Positions 38,325 to 48,996 of a stretch of DNA of 64,000 nucleotides are shown piece by piece (position 1 is the stretch's first letter; every line of letters begins with the position of its first letter). This stretch comes from Candidatus Roizmanbacteria bacterium (GTDB lineage Bacteria > Patescibacteriota > Microgenomatia > UBA1406). The notes under the pieces are model-generated. The model was not told the DNA's origin. It did no database searches and was given only the letters and a program-made list of their open reading frames with translations. Both the position numbers and the translations under genes were made by a program. The stretch is taken from the NCBI GenBank assembly GCA_024654535.1, contig JANLHL010000016.1, positions 32,626-96,625 on the forward strand. The letters are read 5' to 3'.

Positions 38325-39548
38325 TTACTGAGCTGCACCAAAAGAGCCAGTGAGGCTATAGATAGGCGTCAAAACCGAGATGACGAGAAACCCAACGCCA
38401 ACGCCCAAAAATACCAATATAAGTGGTTCTATAAGCGTCGTGGCTGCTTTTATTGCTAATTCAGATTCCATTTGAAAATACTTGGACAAACGAAGAAGAG
38501 TATCATCTAGTTTTCCAGTTTTTTCGCCAACACCAGTCATTTGCACAAATATTTCTGGGAATACGTTTTCCTCTGACAGAGCGTCACCTAGGGAAGCACC
38601 GCGTTCTACTCGTTCTTGGATACTCTTTAGAGATTTTTGATAAACCAAATTACCGGTTGTTTTTGTTGCAATCTCAAGACCTTCAAGCAAAGGAACACCG
38701 GAATGGAGTAAAATAGCCAACGTACGTGTCGTTTCTACAAGTACCGATTTTTGAACAACATCTCCGAATACTGGTAATTTCAATAAAAATCTATCAATTT
38801 TCTCCCGTGTTTTTTTATTAGTCAACATTATGCGAACATACATAATGAACAGCACGACCGCTAAAATAATGAGTGGCCAGAATTGTGATGAAAAATTAGA
38901 AACTGCTATCAGTATTTTTGTAGAGATCGGTAAATCAACTTTGAATGTTTTGTATAAATCGAGAAGCTTTGGTAATACAAAGGTAGCCATAATAAAACCT
39001 ACCACAAAGATTGCACCCACAACGGTCATTGGGTACAAAAGTGCGTTCGTTATCTTTCCTCGAAACTCACGAGCTCTTTCCAAGTTTTCAGCCAGTCGAA
39101 GTAGCACGTCATCTAGCTTTCCAGATGATTCTCCAGCTTTAACGAGTGCAATATAAAAATTTTGAAATGTATCTGGATAGTCTTCTAATGCATCTGAAAA
39201 AGACTCACCTCCCTTTATCTTATCTAAGATTGCACCTATGAGTTGTTTCTGAGATGGATCTTTTGTTTGTCTGATCATGATACTTAATGCATCTACTAAG
39301 CTCAAACCTGCGTTTACCATGATACCGAGTTGTCGTGTAAAATCGACTAATCTGCTGAAGGGGAGCTTTAGTTTTGTTTGTGGGAAGTATTTGTAGTAGA
39401 TATCGCTCAAATTTATCTTTTCTTTGAGCGTTACTATAAAGTAGCCCTTTTCTTTTAGAATACGAATAGCTTCTTTTTTGCTAGAAACATCAAGACTACC
39501 AGCAGTTTTTTTGTGAGCTTGATCAGAGACGGTATATTCAAAAATCAT
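38325..39548 (-). CDS. pilC: Type IV pilus platform protein PilC/GspF
   Basis: FTRQL..M..AG, GE.SG.LD, ALLYP, IEP. Confidence 0.92.
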   Translation of the reverse strand: MIFEYTVSDQAHKKTAGSLDVSSKKEAIRILKEKGYFIVTLKEKINLSDIYYKYFPQTKLKLPFSRLVDFTRQLGIMVNAGLSLVDALSIMIRQTKDPSQKQLIGAILDKIKGGESFSDALEDYPDTFQNFYIALVKAGESSGKLDDVLLRLAENLERAREFRGKITNALLYPMTVVGAIFVVGFIMATFVLPKLLDLYKTFKVDLPISTKILIAVSNFSSQFWPLIILAVVLFIMYVRIMLTNKKTREKIDRFLLKLPVFGDVVQKSVLVETTRTLAILLHSGVPLLEGLEIATKTTGNLVYQKSLKSIQERVERGASLGDALSEENVFPEIFVQMTGVGEKTGKLDDTLLRLSKYFQMESELAIKAATTLIEPLILVFLGVGVGFLVISVLTPIYSLTGSFGAAQ

Positions 39549-39550
39549 AT

Positions 39551-40609
39551 TTATTTTAAAAGCTCTTTAATGAGATGTGGACGATAGGCGTATTTTATAG
39601 CAGTTTCATAGGTAATGGATTTAGCAAGAACCAAATCTTTTAAATGCGACTCGAATAATACCATACCTTCCTGAGCACTTGTTTGCATAACGTTGTCTAT
39701 TTGATGTGTTTTTCCTTCGCGAATGAGCGAGGAAATTGCCGAGTTATTTATGAGAATCTCGCACGCTGGTATCCGTTTTCTTTCAGAAGCATGAGGAATA
39801 AGTCTTTGGCTAAATATTACTTTTAATACAGCTGAAAGTTGTGTTCTTATCTGCATTTGTTGTTCTTCGGGAAAGACATCAACAATACGATCGATAGTTT
39901 GTGATGCGTTACTTGTATGTAGCGTTGAGAAAACAAGATGCCCTGTTTCAGCCAGTGTCATTGCTGAGGCAATTGTTTCATAATCTCTCATTTCTCCCAA
40001 TACGACAACATCTGGATCTTCACGTAATATTGCACGGAGCGCATTATGGAAGGATAGCGTATCTCTTTTCAACTCTCGTTGTGCTACTATAGACCTGGAT
40101 CGTGGATAGGTGAACTCAATTGGGTCTTCAATAGTTAGAATATTACTTGCTGAATTTTCGTTTATTTCGTTCAACATAGCAGCAAGAGTGGTTGATTTGC
40201 CTTCACCTGTCTGGCCAGTAATAAGAATAAGTCCTTGTTTTAAAGAGGTAAATTCGTGCAAACAACTGGGCAACCCCAGTTGTTCGATAGTGGGTATTTT
40301 TTTGGGAATGAGGCGTAGTGAAAGGGCAATGGCATTTCTTTCATAGTATGCATTTGCACGAAAGCGCTGCTCTTCATAGTCGATACTAAAGTCGAGCTCT
40401 TTGTTTAAAAAGAAAAATTCCTGTTGCTCTTTTGTTGTAAATGAGAGAAAAAGCTGTGAGACAGTATCTGCACTTAATGCATTATAATCAATTAATTGGT
40501 ATAGATCTCCATTGATTCTTAAGGTTGGTTTGTATCCTACATTAATATGCAAGTCGCTTGCACTTCTCTGAATCACTTCTTGTAAAAGATTGTTTAGATT
40601 GCTGTCCAT
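39551..40609 (-). CDS. pilT: Type IV pilus retraction ATPase PilT
   Basis: ASDLH, GQTGEGKSTT, LREDPD, GEMRD, ETGHLVFSTLH. Confidence 0.92.
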   Translation of the reverse strand: MDSNLNNLLQEVIQRSASDLHINVGYKPTLRINGDLYQLIDYNALSADTVSQLFLSFTTKEQQEFFFLNKELDFSIDYEEQRFRANAYYERNAIALSLRLIPKKIPTIEQLGLPSCLHEFTSLKQGLILITGQTGEGKSTTLAAMLNEINENSASNILTIEDPIEFTYPRSRSIVAQRELKRDTLSFHNALRAILREDPDVVVLGEMRDYETIASAMTLAETGHLVFSTLHTSNASQTIDRIVDVFPEEQQMQIRTQLSAVLKVIFSQRLIPHASERKRIPACEILINNSAISSLIREGKTHQIDNVMQTSAQEGMVLFESHLKDLVLAKSITYETAIKYAYRPHLIKELLK

Positions 40610-40610
40610 A

Positions 40611-42332
40611 TTATGATTCTGATACTCTTAAAATTTCTTCAACCGTTGTCAATCCATCGAGTACTTTAAGATAACCGTCTTGCTGCATAATAATCATACC
40701 GTTTTTTCTAGCTTCTTGTGAAATATCAGCAGCATTTGCACGCTGAAGTACAAGTTTATTTATGGCACCATTGACAACCAATATTTCATAAATACCTATT
40801 CTTCCGAAGTATCCAGTTCCTTGACATTCGCTACATCCCTTGCCTTTATATAATGTTAACGGTTTATCTCTGTAGACGTTTGGCAAATACTGTCCTAAGG
40901 TTGTTCTAATAGCATTATCAACCTCTTTATCGGGTGCATAGCTGTATTTACACGAAGAGCAGATCCTTCGTACTATACGTTGTGCAATGGCGGCATTTAA
41001 TATGGATGCTATTAAGAAAGGCTCAGCGCCTAAGTCGAGCAAACGCGGTATGGAGGTTGCCGAGTCGTTTGTATGTAGTGTCGAAAAAACTAAATGACCA
41101 GTAAGCGCAGCCTGAATGGCAAGTGAGGTTGTTTCTTCATCACGGATTTCTCCAACGAGAATAATGTTCGGATCTTGACGCAAAAATGAGCGTAGTCCAT
41201 TTGCAAATGTCAGACCTGCTTGAGGATTAATTTGGACTTGATTAATGCCAGCAATTTCATATTCTACCGGGTCTTCGAGCGTCATAATATTGACTGTCGC
41301 CTGATTGAGACGTGTTAGCACTGAATAGAGTGTCGTTGTTTTACCAGATCCAGTCGGTCCAGTGACGAGCACTATTCCGTACGGTTTTGCTATTTCGGTC
41401 TCAAGACTTTTTAGTGCAACGTCTCTCAAACCGAGATCTGGCAAAGAGGGGATACCGCCTGTTTTCTTTAATAATCTCATTACTATTTTTTCACCATGAA
41501 CAGTCGGAAGTGTTGAAACACGCAAGTCTACTTCTTGCTCACCAATTGTAAAAGTAAATCTACCGTCCTGAGGTATGCGCTTTTCATCTATGCGCATTTG
41601 AGCGAGGATTTTGATTCTCGACACAAGAGATTCATGAAGCGAACTTGGTAAAATGAGTTTTTCGTATAAAATACCATCAATGCGATACCGTACTCTTGTT
41701 TTGCTGTCCTGAGGCTCGATATGTATATCGGATGCGCGTGATCGTACAGCAAATTCTAGAATAGTATTTACTATTTTTGCTATAGGTGGTTCTTTTACAA
41801 TGATTCTCTTTTTCTTTAAAGCATCAGAGGCTTCTGTTTTGCGTCTCGTTGAAAACTCCTCGAGTGCACTGGTGACCGTAGGGGATATATTTTGCCTATA
41901 CTGGATATCGATGGCTTCAACTATATCGGTTGACGCAGCGAGAAATGGAATAATTTTTCTTCCGGTTTTTTTTTCTAAAAAACTTATATTTTCCAGATTT
42001 AGTGGTTGGTCTGTTGCAACTTTTATAGAGTTTTCCTTTGGGTCGAATTCAAATGGGAAAATTGAGTATTGTCGCGCAACGCCTTCTGTAATAAGGGCAA
42101 GAGCTTGTGGTGATGCTGCTCTATTGGTGAGATTTATATACTCAACCTGCATCGCAAATGCTTTTGCTTGTAGTAAATTTTCCTCTGTCAGTAGATGTTT
42201 TTGTCGGAAATATTCTTCTGGGTCTTCTTCAGACTTTAAAATTCCTATTTTCGTTGCTTCGAGCGTTTGTGCGTCGAGTAGGTTGTTTTTTTCAATATAA
42301 CTAAAAAAACGCTGTGCTGAATAGCTGCTCAT
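40611..42332 (-). CDS. pilB: Type IV pilus assembly ATPase PilB/GspE
   Basis: ASDIHIEP, GPTGSGKTTT, LRQDP, Cys4 zinc motif. Confidence 0.93.
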   Translation of the reverse strand: MSSYSAQRFFSYIEKNNLLDAQTLEATKIGILKSEEDPEEYFRQKHLLTEENLLQAKAFAMQVEYINLTNRAASPQALALITEGVARQYSIFPFEFDPKENSIKVATDQPLNLENISFLEKKTGRKIIPFLAASTDIVEAIDIQYRQNISPTVTSALEEFSTRRKTEASDALKKKRIIVKEPPIAKIVNTILEFAVRSRASDIHIEPQDSKTRVRYRIDGILYEKLILPSSLHESLVSRIKILAQMRIDEKRIPQDGRFTFTIGEQEVDLRVSTLPTVHGEKIVMRLLKKTGGIPSLPDLGLRDVALKSLETEIAKPYGIVLVTGPTGSGKTTTLYSVLTRLNQATVNIMTLEDPVEYEIAGINQVQINPQAGLTFANGLRSFLRQDPNIILVGEIRDEETTSLAIQAALTGHLVFSTLHTNDSATSIPRLLDLGAEPFLIASILNAAIAQRIVRRICSSCKYSYAPDKEVDNAIRTTLGQYLPNVYRDKPLTLYKGKGCSECQGTGYFGRIGIYEILVVNGAINKLVLQRANAADISQEARKNGMIIMQQDGYLKVLDGLTTVEEILRVSES

Positions 42333-42338
42333 ATACTC

Positions 42339-42420
42339 ATTCTACGTGATAGCCAACGAATGTCAATTTCTAAATGATAGACAGATAGCCCTTGACAAAA
42401 TATTAAACATATTCTATTCT
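42339..42420. promoter_or_regulatory. Divergent sigma70 promoters for pilB and the major pilin
   Basis: Plus strand TTGACA(42392)-N17-TATTCT; minus strand TTGACA(42366)-N16-TAGAAT. Confidence 0.65.
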
Positions 42421-42476
42421 GATTATATAAGCACCATTAAGTAGTTATATAAATTTAGATAAGTTAGTAAACGAAT

Positions 42477-43007
42477 ATGAAAATGCAAAAACAAAAGAAA
42501 GGGTTCACTCTTATAGAGCTTCTGATAGTCATTGCGCTTTTAGGTACATTAGCGGTTGCACTTTTAGCTGCTATTGATCCTTTTGAGCAGTTTAGAAAAG
42601 GTACCGATACGGCTATTCGAAATACTGCGCAAGAGTACTACAACGCTCTCATTCGATTTTATGCACAAAGGAGCGCGTTTCCGACAGACTTTCCTCAAAT
42701 AACTCCAGATGGGCTTGGATATCCACTTACAACCACTTCTTTTGTCACCGGTGTTATTGAAGCTGGTGAACTTAAGTCAAACTTTTTGGAAATTGCACAA
42801 GATCAGTTAGCTAACATCTATGTAGCACGAGCTGGTGTGTCAAAATTACTTGTCTGCTTCCAACCACAGTCAAAATCATTCCAAAAAGCAGATAAGAATA
42901 CTAAGTATTCTTCCTATAATTTTACTAGTTCAAGTGATGATGCAACTGTAAATACAGATTCTGCTACGTGTTCTGCTACGAATAGCTGCTACTGGTGTGT
43001 CTATTAA
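42477..43007 (+). CDS. Type IV pilin, probable major pilin
   Basis: KKGFTLIELLIVI prepilin motif; has its own promoter and terminator. Confidence 0.85.
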   Translation: MKMQKQKKGFTLIELLIVIALLGTLAVALLAAIDPFEQFRKGTDTAIRNTAQEYYNALIRFYAQRSAFPTDFPQITPDGLGYPLTTTSFVTGVIEAGELKSNFLEIAQDQLANIYVARAGVSKLLVCFQPQSKSFQKADKNTKYSSYNFTSSSDDATVNTDSATCSATNSCYWCVY

Positions 43008-43025
43008 ATTTTTGAAAATGTAAGT

Positions 43026-43053
43026 AAAACCCTGTCGAAAGGCAGGGTTTTTT
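43026..43053 (+). terminator. Intrinsic terminator after pilin
   Basis: AAAACCCTGTC-GAAA-GGCAGGGTTTTTT. Confidence 0.85.
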
Positions 43054-43096
43054 AGTGCTCGCTTGTATTTAGGAAATATTTGAGTACAATTGGCTC

Positions 43097-45022
43097 ATGT
43101 ATCCATATATTTGGGCTGCTGACGCAGGAGATTTGATAACATCTTCATTTTTAGGTGTCTTACCTCATCCACCTGGATTTCCTATTTATTGGTTACTTTT
43201 GCGTTTAGCATACCTAATTCCATTTGGCTCAATCGCTTTGAGAGCATCGTTGGTATCGATGTTTTTTGGCATTGCGACAGCGTGTATTTCTCTGATAAGC
43301 GTTTTTGAACTTTTGAAATACATGAAGAGAACGTCTTATTTAGATAAGGTAATCGGATTATCATCGGTCATACTAACATATTCTTCTTTTGTTTTTCTAT
43401 TGTATAGTTCTGTTCAGGAAGTATATACGTTATCTCTATTTTTACTGACACTGAGTACTTATTTCTTATTAAAACTTTCGCTCTACGAAAGAGATAAAGA
43501 TCACCTGCTGTTTCTACTCGTTTTTCTTATAGCATGCATGCATCACACATTATTGGCTATTTCATTTGGACCATACTTGTATATATTTATTCGTAATAAG
43601 AAAAAATATTTAAAATTTTATAGAAAATATTTACTATTTATCATTTTGTTTGTGTGTGTTTCAGTTGCACCGTACATTTTGCAGTATGTACTTATACACG
43701 AATCTGCACTCATATATTGGGAACCAAAAAGTATCGAGGGTGTAGTGAGAACAATATTCAGAATGAGGTACGACACCTTTAATACCGGTGGGAGTTTTGG
43801 GAGTTATAGTCTAAAGCTATACCATTTATATAGTTATGGTGCACACTTATTAGCAAATTATTCCATTTTGATCACTTTTTTCTTGGGTGGCTTACTATAT
43901 CTCTATAAAAAACAAAAAAAAATATTCTACATATTTGGATTAGGGTATATCCTTTTTGGTCCGATATTAATCTTCTATATGAATACGAGTGGCCAGTTGG
44001 ATAACAACAGTGGCATTCTTGAGCGGTACTATCTATTTTCCTATGTATTTCTACCGGTACTGTTTGTTGCAACGTACGTACAGTTTGAAAATATGTACTT
44101 TAAAATAATATTTCTCAAAAATTTACATTTGCGAAAACTTCTTTTCAAAGGTATTGTGATCTTGTTTTTTGTGCTCTATCCAACAATATTGTTTTATAGG
44201 AATTTCTCTAACGTTTCAAAAGCGTTAAGTAAGCCTGTCTTTGAAGATCATGCAAAGAATATCCTTAATGTTGTTCCTCATAAGTCTGTGATCATACTCA
44301 AGGGAGATCTTGATTTATTTACTGTAGAATATGCACATCATGTGCTAGGCGTTCAAAAAGATGTCATCGTTCTATCTAATAGAAATTTGTTTAATCCAGA
44401 TTATCATAGCCTAGTTGCTCGTGACTATACTAAATTGCGCTATACTCCAAAATTCAAGGACCCACTAAAAATGGCTGACAACCTCGTCATGCAAGCAATG
44501 AAAGAAGGGTATAGCGTATTCACAAATATACCATTTCCATCAGAGCACTATTCGTTCCGTAGAGTTGGTTATTTATTTAAATTGTATTATTCTACAAAAA
44601 AGGAAATGACCATAGCTCAGATTCCTGTTTCAAGAGTAAAAAAATACAACACATTACCTGAAATTGTATACTCAAATTTCAATCCGAGTGTTTATTTTTT
44701 TACAGAACTTAGAAATCAATATGCAAAAGGATTACTTGAGATCGCCGATAAATACTACTCGTTAAATAACTATAAAAGTGCAAATGGAGTAGTTGATATG
44801 GCTTACTTGTATCAGCCATATAATCCAGATATTATTTATTTGCGAACGATATTATTAAAAAATACTGGCAAATGTATGCAATCGGTGCCGATGCTCACAA
44901 ACTATTTCTATTATTCAAAATCTGCAAAAGCAGCATATACACTTTCACGAGTATATGCGATATGTGCAAAGGATATAATTAAATACTCTTACTGGGATTC
45001 GATTTATGAAAAATTAAGGTGA
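43097..45022 (+). CDS. DUF2723/TMEM260-like GT-C membrane protein
   Basis: DAGD....LGV.HPPGFP.Y motif, EVY, GD.D.F; TPR-like C-terminus. Confidence 0.75.
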   Translation: MYPYIWAADAGDLITSSFLGVLPHPPGFPIYWLLLRLAYLIPFGSIALRASLVSMFFGIATACISLISVFELLKYMKRTSYLDKVIGLSSVILTYSSFVFLLYSSVQEVYTLSLFLLTLSTYFLLKLSLYERDKDHLLFLLVFLIACMHHTLLAISFGPYLYIFIRNKKKYLKFYRKYLLFIILFVCVSVAPYILQYVLIHESALIYWEPKSIEGVVRTIFRMRYDTFNTGGSFGSYSLKLYHLYSYGAHLLANYSILITFFLGGLLYLYKKQKKIFYIFGLGYILFGPILIFYMNTSGQLDNNSGILERYYLFSYVFLPVLFVATYVQFENMYFKIIFLKNLHLRKLLFKGIVILFFVLYPTILFYRNFSNVSKALSKPVFEDHAKNILNVVPHKSVIILKGDLDLFTVEYAHHVLGVQKDVIVLSNRNLFNPDYHSLVARDYTKLRYTPKFKDPLKMADNLVMQAMKEGYSVFTNIPFPSEHYSFRRVGYLFKLYYSTKKEMTIAQIPVSRVKKYNTLPEIVYSNFNPSVYFFTELRNQYAKGLLEIADKYYSLNNYKSANGVVDMAYLYQPYNPDIIYLRTILLKNTGKCMQSVPMLTNYFYYSKSAKAAYTLSRVYAICAKDIIKYSYWDSIYEKLR

Positions 45023-47129
45023 GAAGTAGTACTAAGTAAAAGAGGAGTGAAGCTGCGACTGATTCTTTCCAAAATGGAGCACTATATATAAATGAAACTG
45101 TGTGTTTACCTTGTGGCATACGGACTGACATATATAGTAAGTCTGCTCTTTCAATTTTTACTTCTTTGTCGTCAATATATGCATGCCAGCCTGGATAGTT
45201 GAGGATCCGAACAAAAAAATAGCTTTCCGTAGTTGCATTAATAGAGTAGCGGAGTTTAGTATCCGTTTGGATAAGAGGCCTACTAGTGCCAGTCGCATTG
45301 CGAATAGAGGGCAGTGCGGTAGTGTCGTATACATACAGTTTTCTAAAATCGTACGAACTATTTTCTATCTGTTGCAGTAGCGTAACTTCATCCAAACTAG
45401 ATATATAGGATGTGTACAGTTTATACCGAGGGACTTGTTCCTGTATTATAGATATATATACGCCGTCTTTAACTTTTTGAGATGTTTTAGAAAGAGGTTT
45501 TGAAGAAATGATATGTGTACAGCCGAGGATCCCAAGTTTGGTTTTAATCGATTGTGGAAAAGTCATTGAGTTTTCATTATTCAAATAGAGCGAAATTTTG
45601 AGCGCCAAATCTTGGTATAGTTCTGGATTAAAATTTGAATATATAAATAAACCGCACGTATCTCCACCATATATAAGATTTGAATAAGGGTAGAGAGACG
45701 TGTGAAGGGCTATGTATTTGCTTGTTCCTGTGTAGCCTTTTGAGTGAAAAATATCATAATAATTTTTAGCAAAATTTAAAGAGTAGTAAGATGTATTTTT
45801 TTTTAATATGTTTGCTGTCATTGGTGCCGAAAGGAGTTTATCTTTTACTACAACAGGATGAAGTGGATAAAATATATAGAATGAAGTTATCAATTGAATA
45901 GCAATAATTGCAACAAATATATATATCTTTTTAGGAGCTTTATGAAATCTAAATCCATTCTTTACTACATATAAGATAATTATTATTAAGTAGAGCGATG
46001 TAAAGATCACAAATCTGCTATGTGCTCTAAAACCTGCGAGTAGTGGTAAGTAGCCAATAAAATTAATAATAGGATAATTTCCGAGCATCAGAACAGCAAA
46101 AACGAGAACAAGCACTTTGTATATGCTTGGCACTTTTTTAAAATTTTTCTTGATGTTTTTACTCATCATTAATAACAACAAAGGTGCATACCCGAGAAAG
46201 AGATTGGATTCCCATGTTGCTGACACTAATTTTTGAGAATTTCTAAATATTGAGCCGTCTTTAAGCGAACCAAATATATTTGGTTCGAGTAAAGTAAATA
46301 CATACCTTAAATCAAACATCCCAATTGAGAGAGTGTTTTGCCTTGTTGAATTCATATAAAATATAAATGACTGAACGAGTTGAGGTAGTGATACAAGCAC
46401 TGTCGCAGCTGTAAACAGTACATAAAAATACAGTTCATTTTGACGATTGTTACGTTTTGTTATAAATGAATGCAAGAAAATTGTAGTAATACTAATGCAC
46501 GTACCTACCGCAACAAAGAATTGCCCAAATAAATATTGTTGACCACACGTAAACCCTGCTAGCAATGCAAATCGTAAATCATAATTCAGTTTGCCGCGAT
46601 TATATAGATAGAGTACAACCGGAAGCAGAAAGATGGCTTGAAGAATATCTTGATGGGTTATTTTCAAGATCACTATACCACAGAAAGAATAAGAAATAGC
46701 AAGTATGTATGCTAAAAAACGATCATTATATAAAATCCTACCGAGTAGATAGAGGAATATACTCATACCTATAAAGCCACATAGATAGGTTACATTAAAA
46801 GCCATAACAGGGTCAAGAAATCGGTATAGTAGTATGTTAAAAATACTTAATGCACCGATTTGGCTTTCTGCAAGTAGTGGAAAGCCATTCGCTATCTGTT
46901 GTGTGATAAATGGAAGATGACCTGTCTTCAGCATACTGGACAGATAAAATTTTTGACTAAAATTCACATGGAACATATCCGAATTAAAAGAATCTGGTAT
47001 ATAAAACATCGATATGTGAGGTAAAAATAATCGTGCAAAAAACGCTACGAAGACGATAATGAGAGACGCAATAGCCAGTATATCCCACCCATACTTATGT
47101 AGAAAATGATATATACTGTTTTTATGCAT
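44979..47129 (-). CDS. YfhO-family GT-C membrane glycosyltransferase
   Basis: GHLPF...GFPLLAESQ; C-terminal YPGWHAYID...G.H.V.F.Y. Confidence 0.78.
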   Translation of the reverse strand: MHKNSIYHFLHKYGWDILAIASLIIVFVAFFARLFLPHISMFYIPDSFNSDMFHVNFSQKFYLSSMLKTGHLPFITQQIANGFPLLAESQIGALSIFNILLYRFLDPVMAFNVTYLCGFIGMSIFLYLLGRILYNDRFLAYILAISYSFCGIVILKITHQDILQAIFLLPVVLYLYNRGKLNYDLRFALLAGFTCGQQYLFGQFFVAVGTCISITTIFLHSFITKRNNRQNELYFYVLFTAATVLVSLPQLVQSFIFYMNSTRQNTLSIGMFDLRYVFTLLEPNIFGSLKDGSIFRNSQKLVSATWESNLFLGYAPLLLLMMSKNIKKNFKKVPSIYKVLVLVFAVLMLGNYPIINFIGYLPLLAGFRAHSRFVIFTSLYLIIIILYVVKNGFRFHKAPKKIYIFVAIIAIQLITSFYIFYPLHPVVVKDKLLSAPMTANILKKNTSYYSLNFAKNYYDIFHSKGYTGTSKYIALHTSLYPYSNLIYGGDTCGLFIYSNFNPELYQDLALKISLYLNNENSMTFPQSIKTKLGILGCTHIISSKPLSKTSQKVKDGVYISIIQEQVPRYKLYTSYISSLDEVTLLQQIENSSYDFRKLYVYDTTALPSIRNATGTSRPLIQTDTKLRYSINATTESYFFVRILNYPGWHAYIDDKEVKIERADLLYMSVRMPQGKHTVSFIYSAPFWKESVAASLLFYLVLLLTLIFHKSNPSKSI

Positions 47130-47849
47130 AGTTGGATTATAGCAGTTTGGTTTCTATTTTTAGGGTTGGGCGTAGGGTCTTTTTTGAATGTTGTCATAGA
47201 TAGAGCACAATCTAATAGAGGTTTGGGAGGTAGATCTGCCTGCGACTTTTGCCACAAGACTTTACTTTGGTTTGATCTTATTCCTGTGCTTTCGTATGTA
47301 TTTTTAGGTGGAAAATGTCGTTTTTGTAGCAAAAGACTGTCATTACAATATCCATTGGTTGAAGCCCTTACTGGTTTACTCTATGTATTGGTTTTTCTTT
47401 TCTTTTGGCAGGCACAACCATTGTATTTTATCTCTATGCTTTGCATAGTCACCTTATCTGTTGTAATTGCTATTACCGATATGAAATATCAAATAATTCC
47501 TGATTGGGCTGTTGTTCTGTTATTTCTGATTGGCATATCAATCAATATAGATAGAATTTTTTACTACTTTGCTGGTTCATTAATTGGTGTTTTTTTCCTT
47601 TGGATTATTTATCATTTAAGCCAAGGAAAAGCAATGGGCTATGGTGACGTTAAATTGATAGCTGCTCAAGGAATGATACTTTCTCTGCCTTTTTTGTTTA
47701 TATCGTTATATATTTCGTTTCTCTTGGGTGGCCTATATTCAGTACCCTTACTTGCTATGCGTAAAAAGAAAATGACGTCCCAGATACCTTTTGGTCCTTT
47801 TCTCGTTATTGGTTTCCTTATAAGTACATTTGTAAGCTATGGGTGGTAA
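47124..47849 (+). CDS. pilD: Prepilin peptidase (A24)
   Basis: GSFLNVV, RS.C..C, GKCR.C, D....IIPD, MGYGDVK, PFGPFL; start moved to 47124. Confidence 0.92.
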   Translation: MHSWIIAVWFLFLGLGVGSFLNVVIDRAQSNRGLGGRSACDFCHKTLLWFDLIPVLSYVFLGGKCRFCSKRLSLQYPLVEALTGLLYVLVFLFFWQAQPLYFISMLCIVTLSVVIAITDMKYQIIPDWAVVLLFLIGISINIDRIFYYFAGSLIGVFFLWIIYHLSQGKAMGYGDVKLIAAQGMILSLPFLFISLYISFLLGGLYSVPLLAMRKKKMTSQIPFGPFLVIGFLISTFVSYGW

Positions 47850-48522
47850 AAGTAGAATTGCAGGATTTACGTTGATAGAAGTTTTTATAACATTTACTAT
47901 TCTCATAGTGTTATTAACACTTATGAACTATACGGATATACTGACGTATATTCAAAGGAGTCATGATAGTGTATCTAAGGCAGATTTGAACAAAGCGAGA
48001 AGTATTTTTGAATCTTTTCAAAAGGATCATGGTCGGTATCCAACGGTTGCTGAGGTTACGTATGATATTCAAAACGATACATCGCTTGCAGGGAAGATGT
48101 GTGGAAAACGTTATACAGACGATATATTAAAAGAATATAGTAGTGAGCTTCCGTGTAATTCACAATCGCCTGCAGTTGATTATGTTTACTTTACCTATAA
48201 TAACAACCAAGACTTTGTACTATTTACACTGCTTGAGCGACCTGACGATCAAGCCATTCAGGCTAGCGGATGTAGTGGTGGCTGTAGTTATTTTACTAAT
48301 AGTGATAACCCTACCGATAGTTTGTCTACAAACTATTTTAATTATGCAGTATACAGTTCCTTGGATTATTTAAATTGTGCATTAGACAATCAATGGTACT
48401 GTCAGTCGGTCGGCGGTACTAATCTATGTAACACCTGTTCTGGAAGGACGTCTGGACCATGTTTTGATCCCGTTGTCAGAAAGTATTGCCGCCCAAGTTG
48501 GTGTGAAGTACAATGTAATTAA
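47839..48522 (+). CDS. Pilin-like protein with Cys-rich C-terminus
   Basis: GFTLIEV prepilin motif. Confidence 0.8.
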   Translation: MGGKSRIAGFTLIEVFITFTILIVLLTLMNYTDILTYIQRSHDSVSKADLNKARSIFESFQKDHGRYPTVAEVTYDIQNDTSLAGKMCGKRYTDDILKEYSSELPCNSQSPAVDYVYFTYNNNQDFVLFTLLERPDDQAIQASGCSGGCSYFTNSDNPTDSLSTNYFNYAVYSSLDYLNCALDNQWYCQSVGGTNLCNTCSGRTSGPCFDPVVRKYCRPSWCEVQCN

Positions 48523-48996
48523 ATGATAAGAAATAAAGGTTTTACACTAATGGAACTGCTTATAGTTATAACGCTATTGGGCATATTATCTGGGCTTATA
48601 TTCAGCATGCTTAGAAATGCATCTCCAGCTGCAAGAGACATCAAGAGAAAGCAAGATGTTGAGGCGGTAAAAAAATCGTTAGAGATTTACTATTCTGACG
48701 TTGAAGCGTACCCTACGGTGACATCTGCAATGGGTATGCTTTGGGGTGGAAATATTAGTCACCCAACTGCAGCGAAGACGTATATGCAAGTATTACCACG
48801 CGATCCTGTAAGTGCGATGAACTATTTTTATTTCGTTTCTGCTGATAAACAATCGTATAAGTTGTACACTTGTTTAGAGAATACATCAGATAGTGCCTAT
48901 TCAGCAAGTATTGGGACTGTTGAAGGAGCAAATTGTGGAGTTGGGTGTTCAGGAATTTGCAATTATGGAATATCAAGTGAAAACACAACACCGTAA
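48523..48996 (+). CDS. Pilin-like protein (GspG-like)
   Basis: KGFTLMELL, ARD.KR, PRDP. Confidence 0.85.
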   Translation: MIRNKGFTLMELLIVITLLGILSGLIFSMLRNASPAARDIKRKQDVEAVKKSLEIYYSDVEAYPTVTSAMGMLWGGNISHPTAAKTYMQVLPRDPVSAMNYFYFVSADKQSYKLYTCLENTSDSAYSASIGTVEGANCGVGCSGICNYGISSENTTP

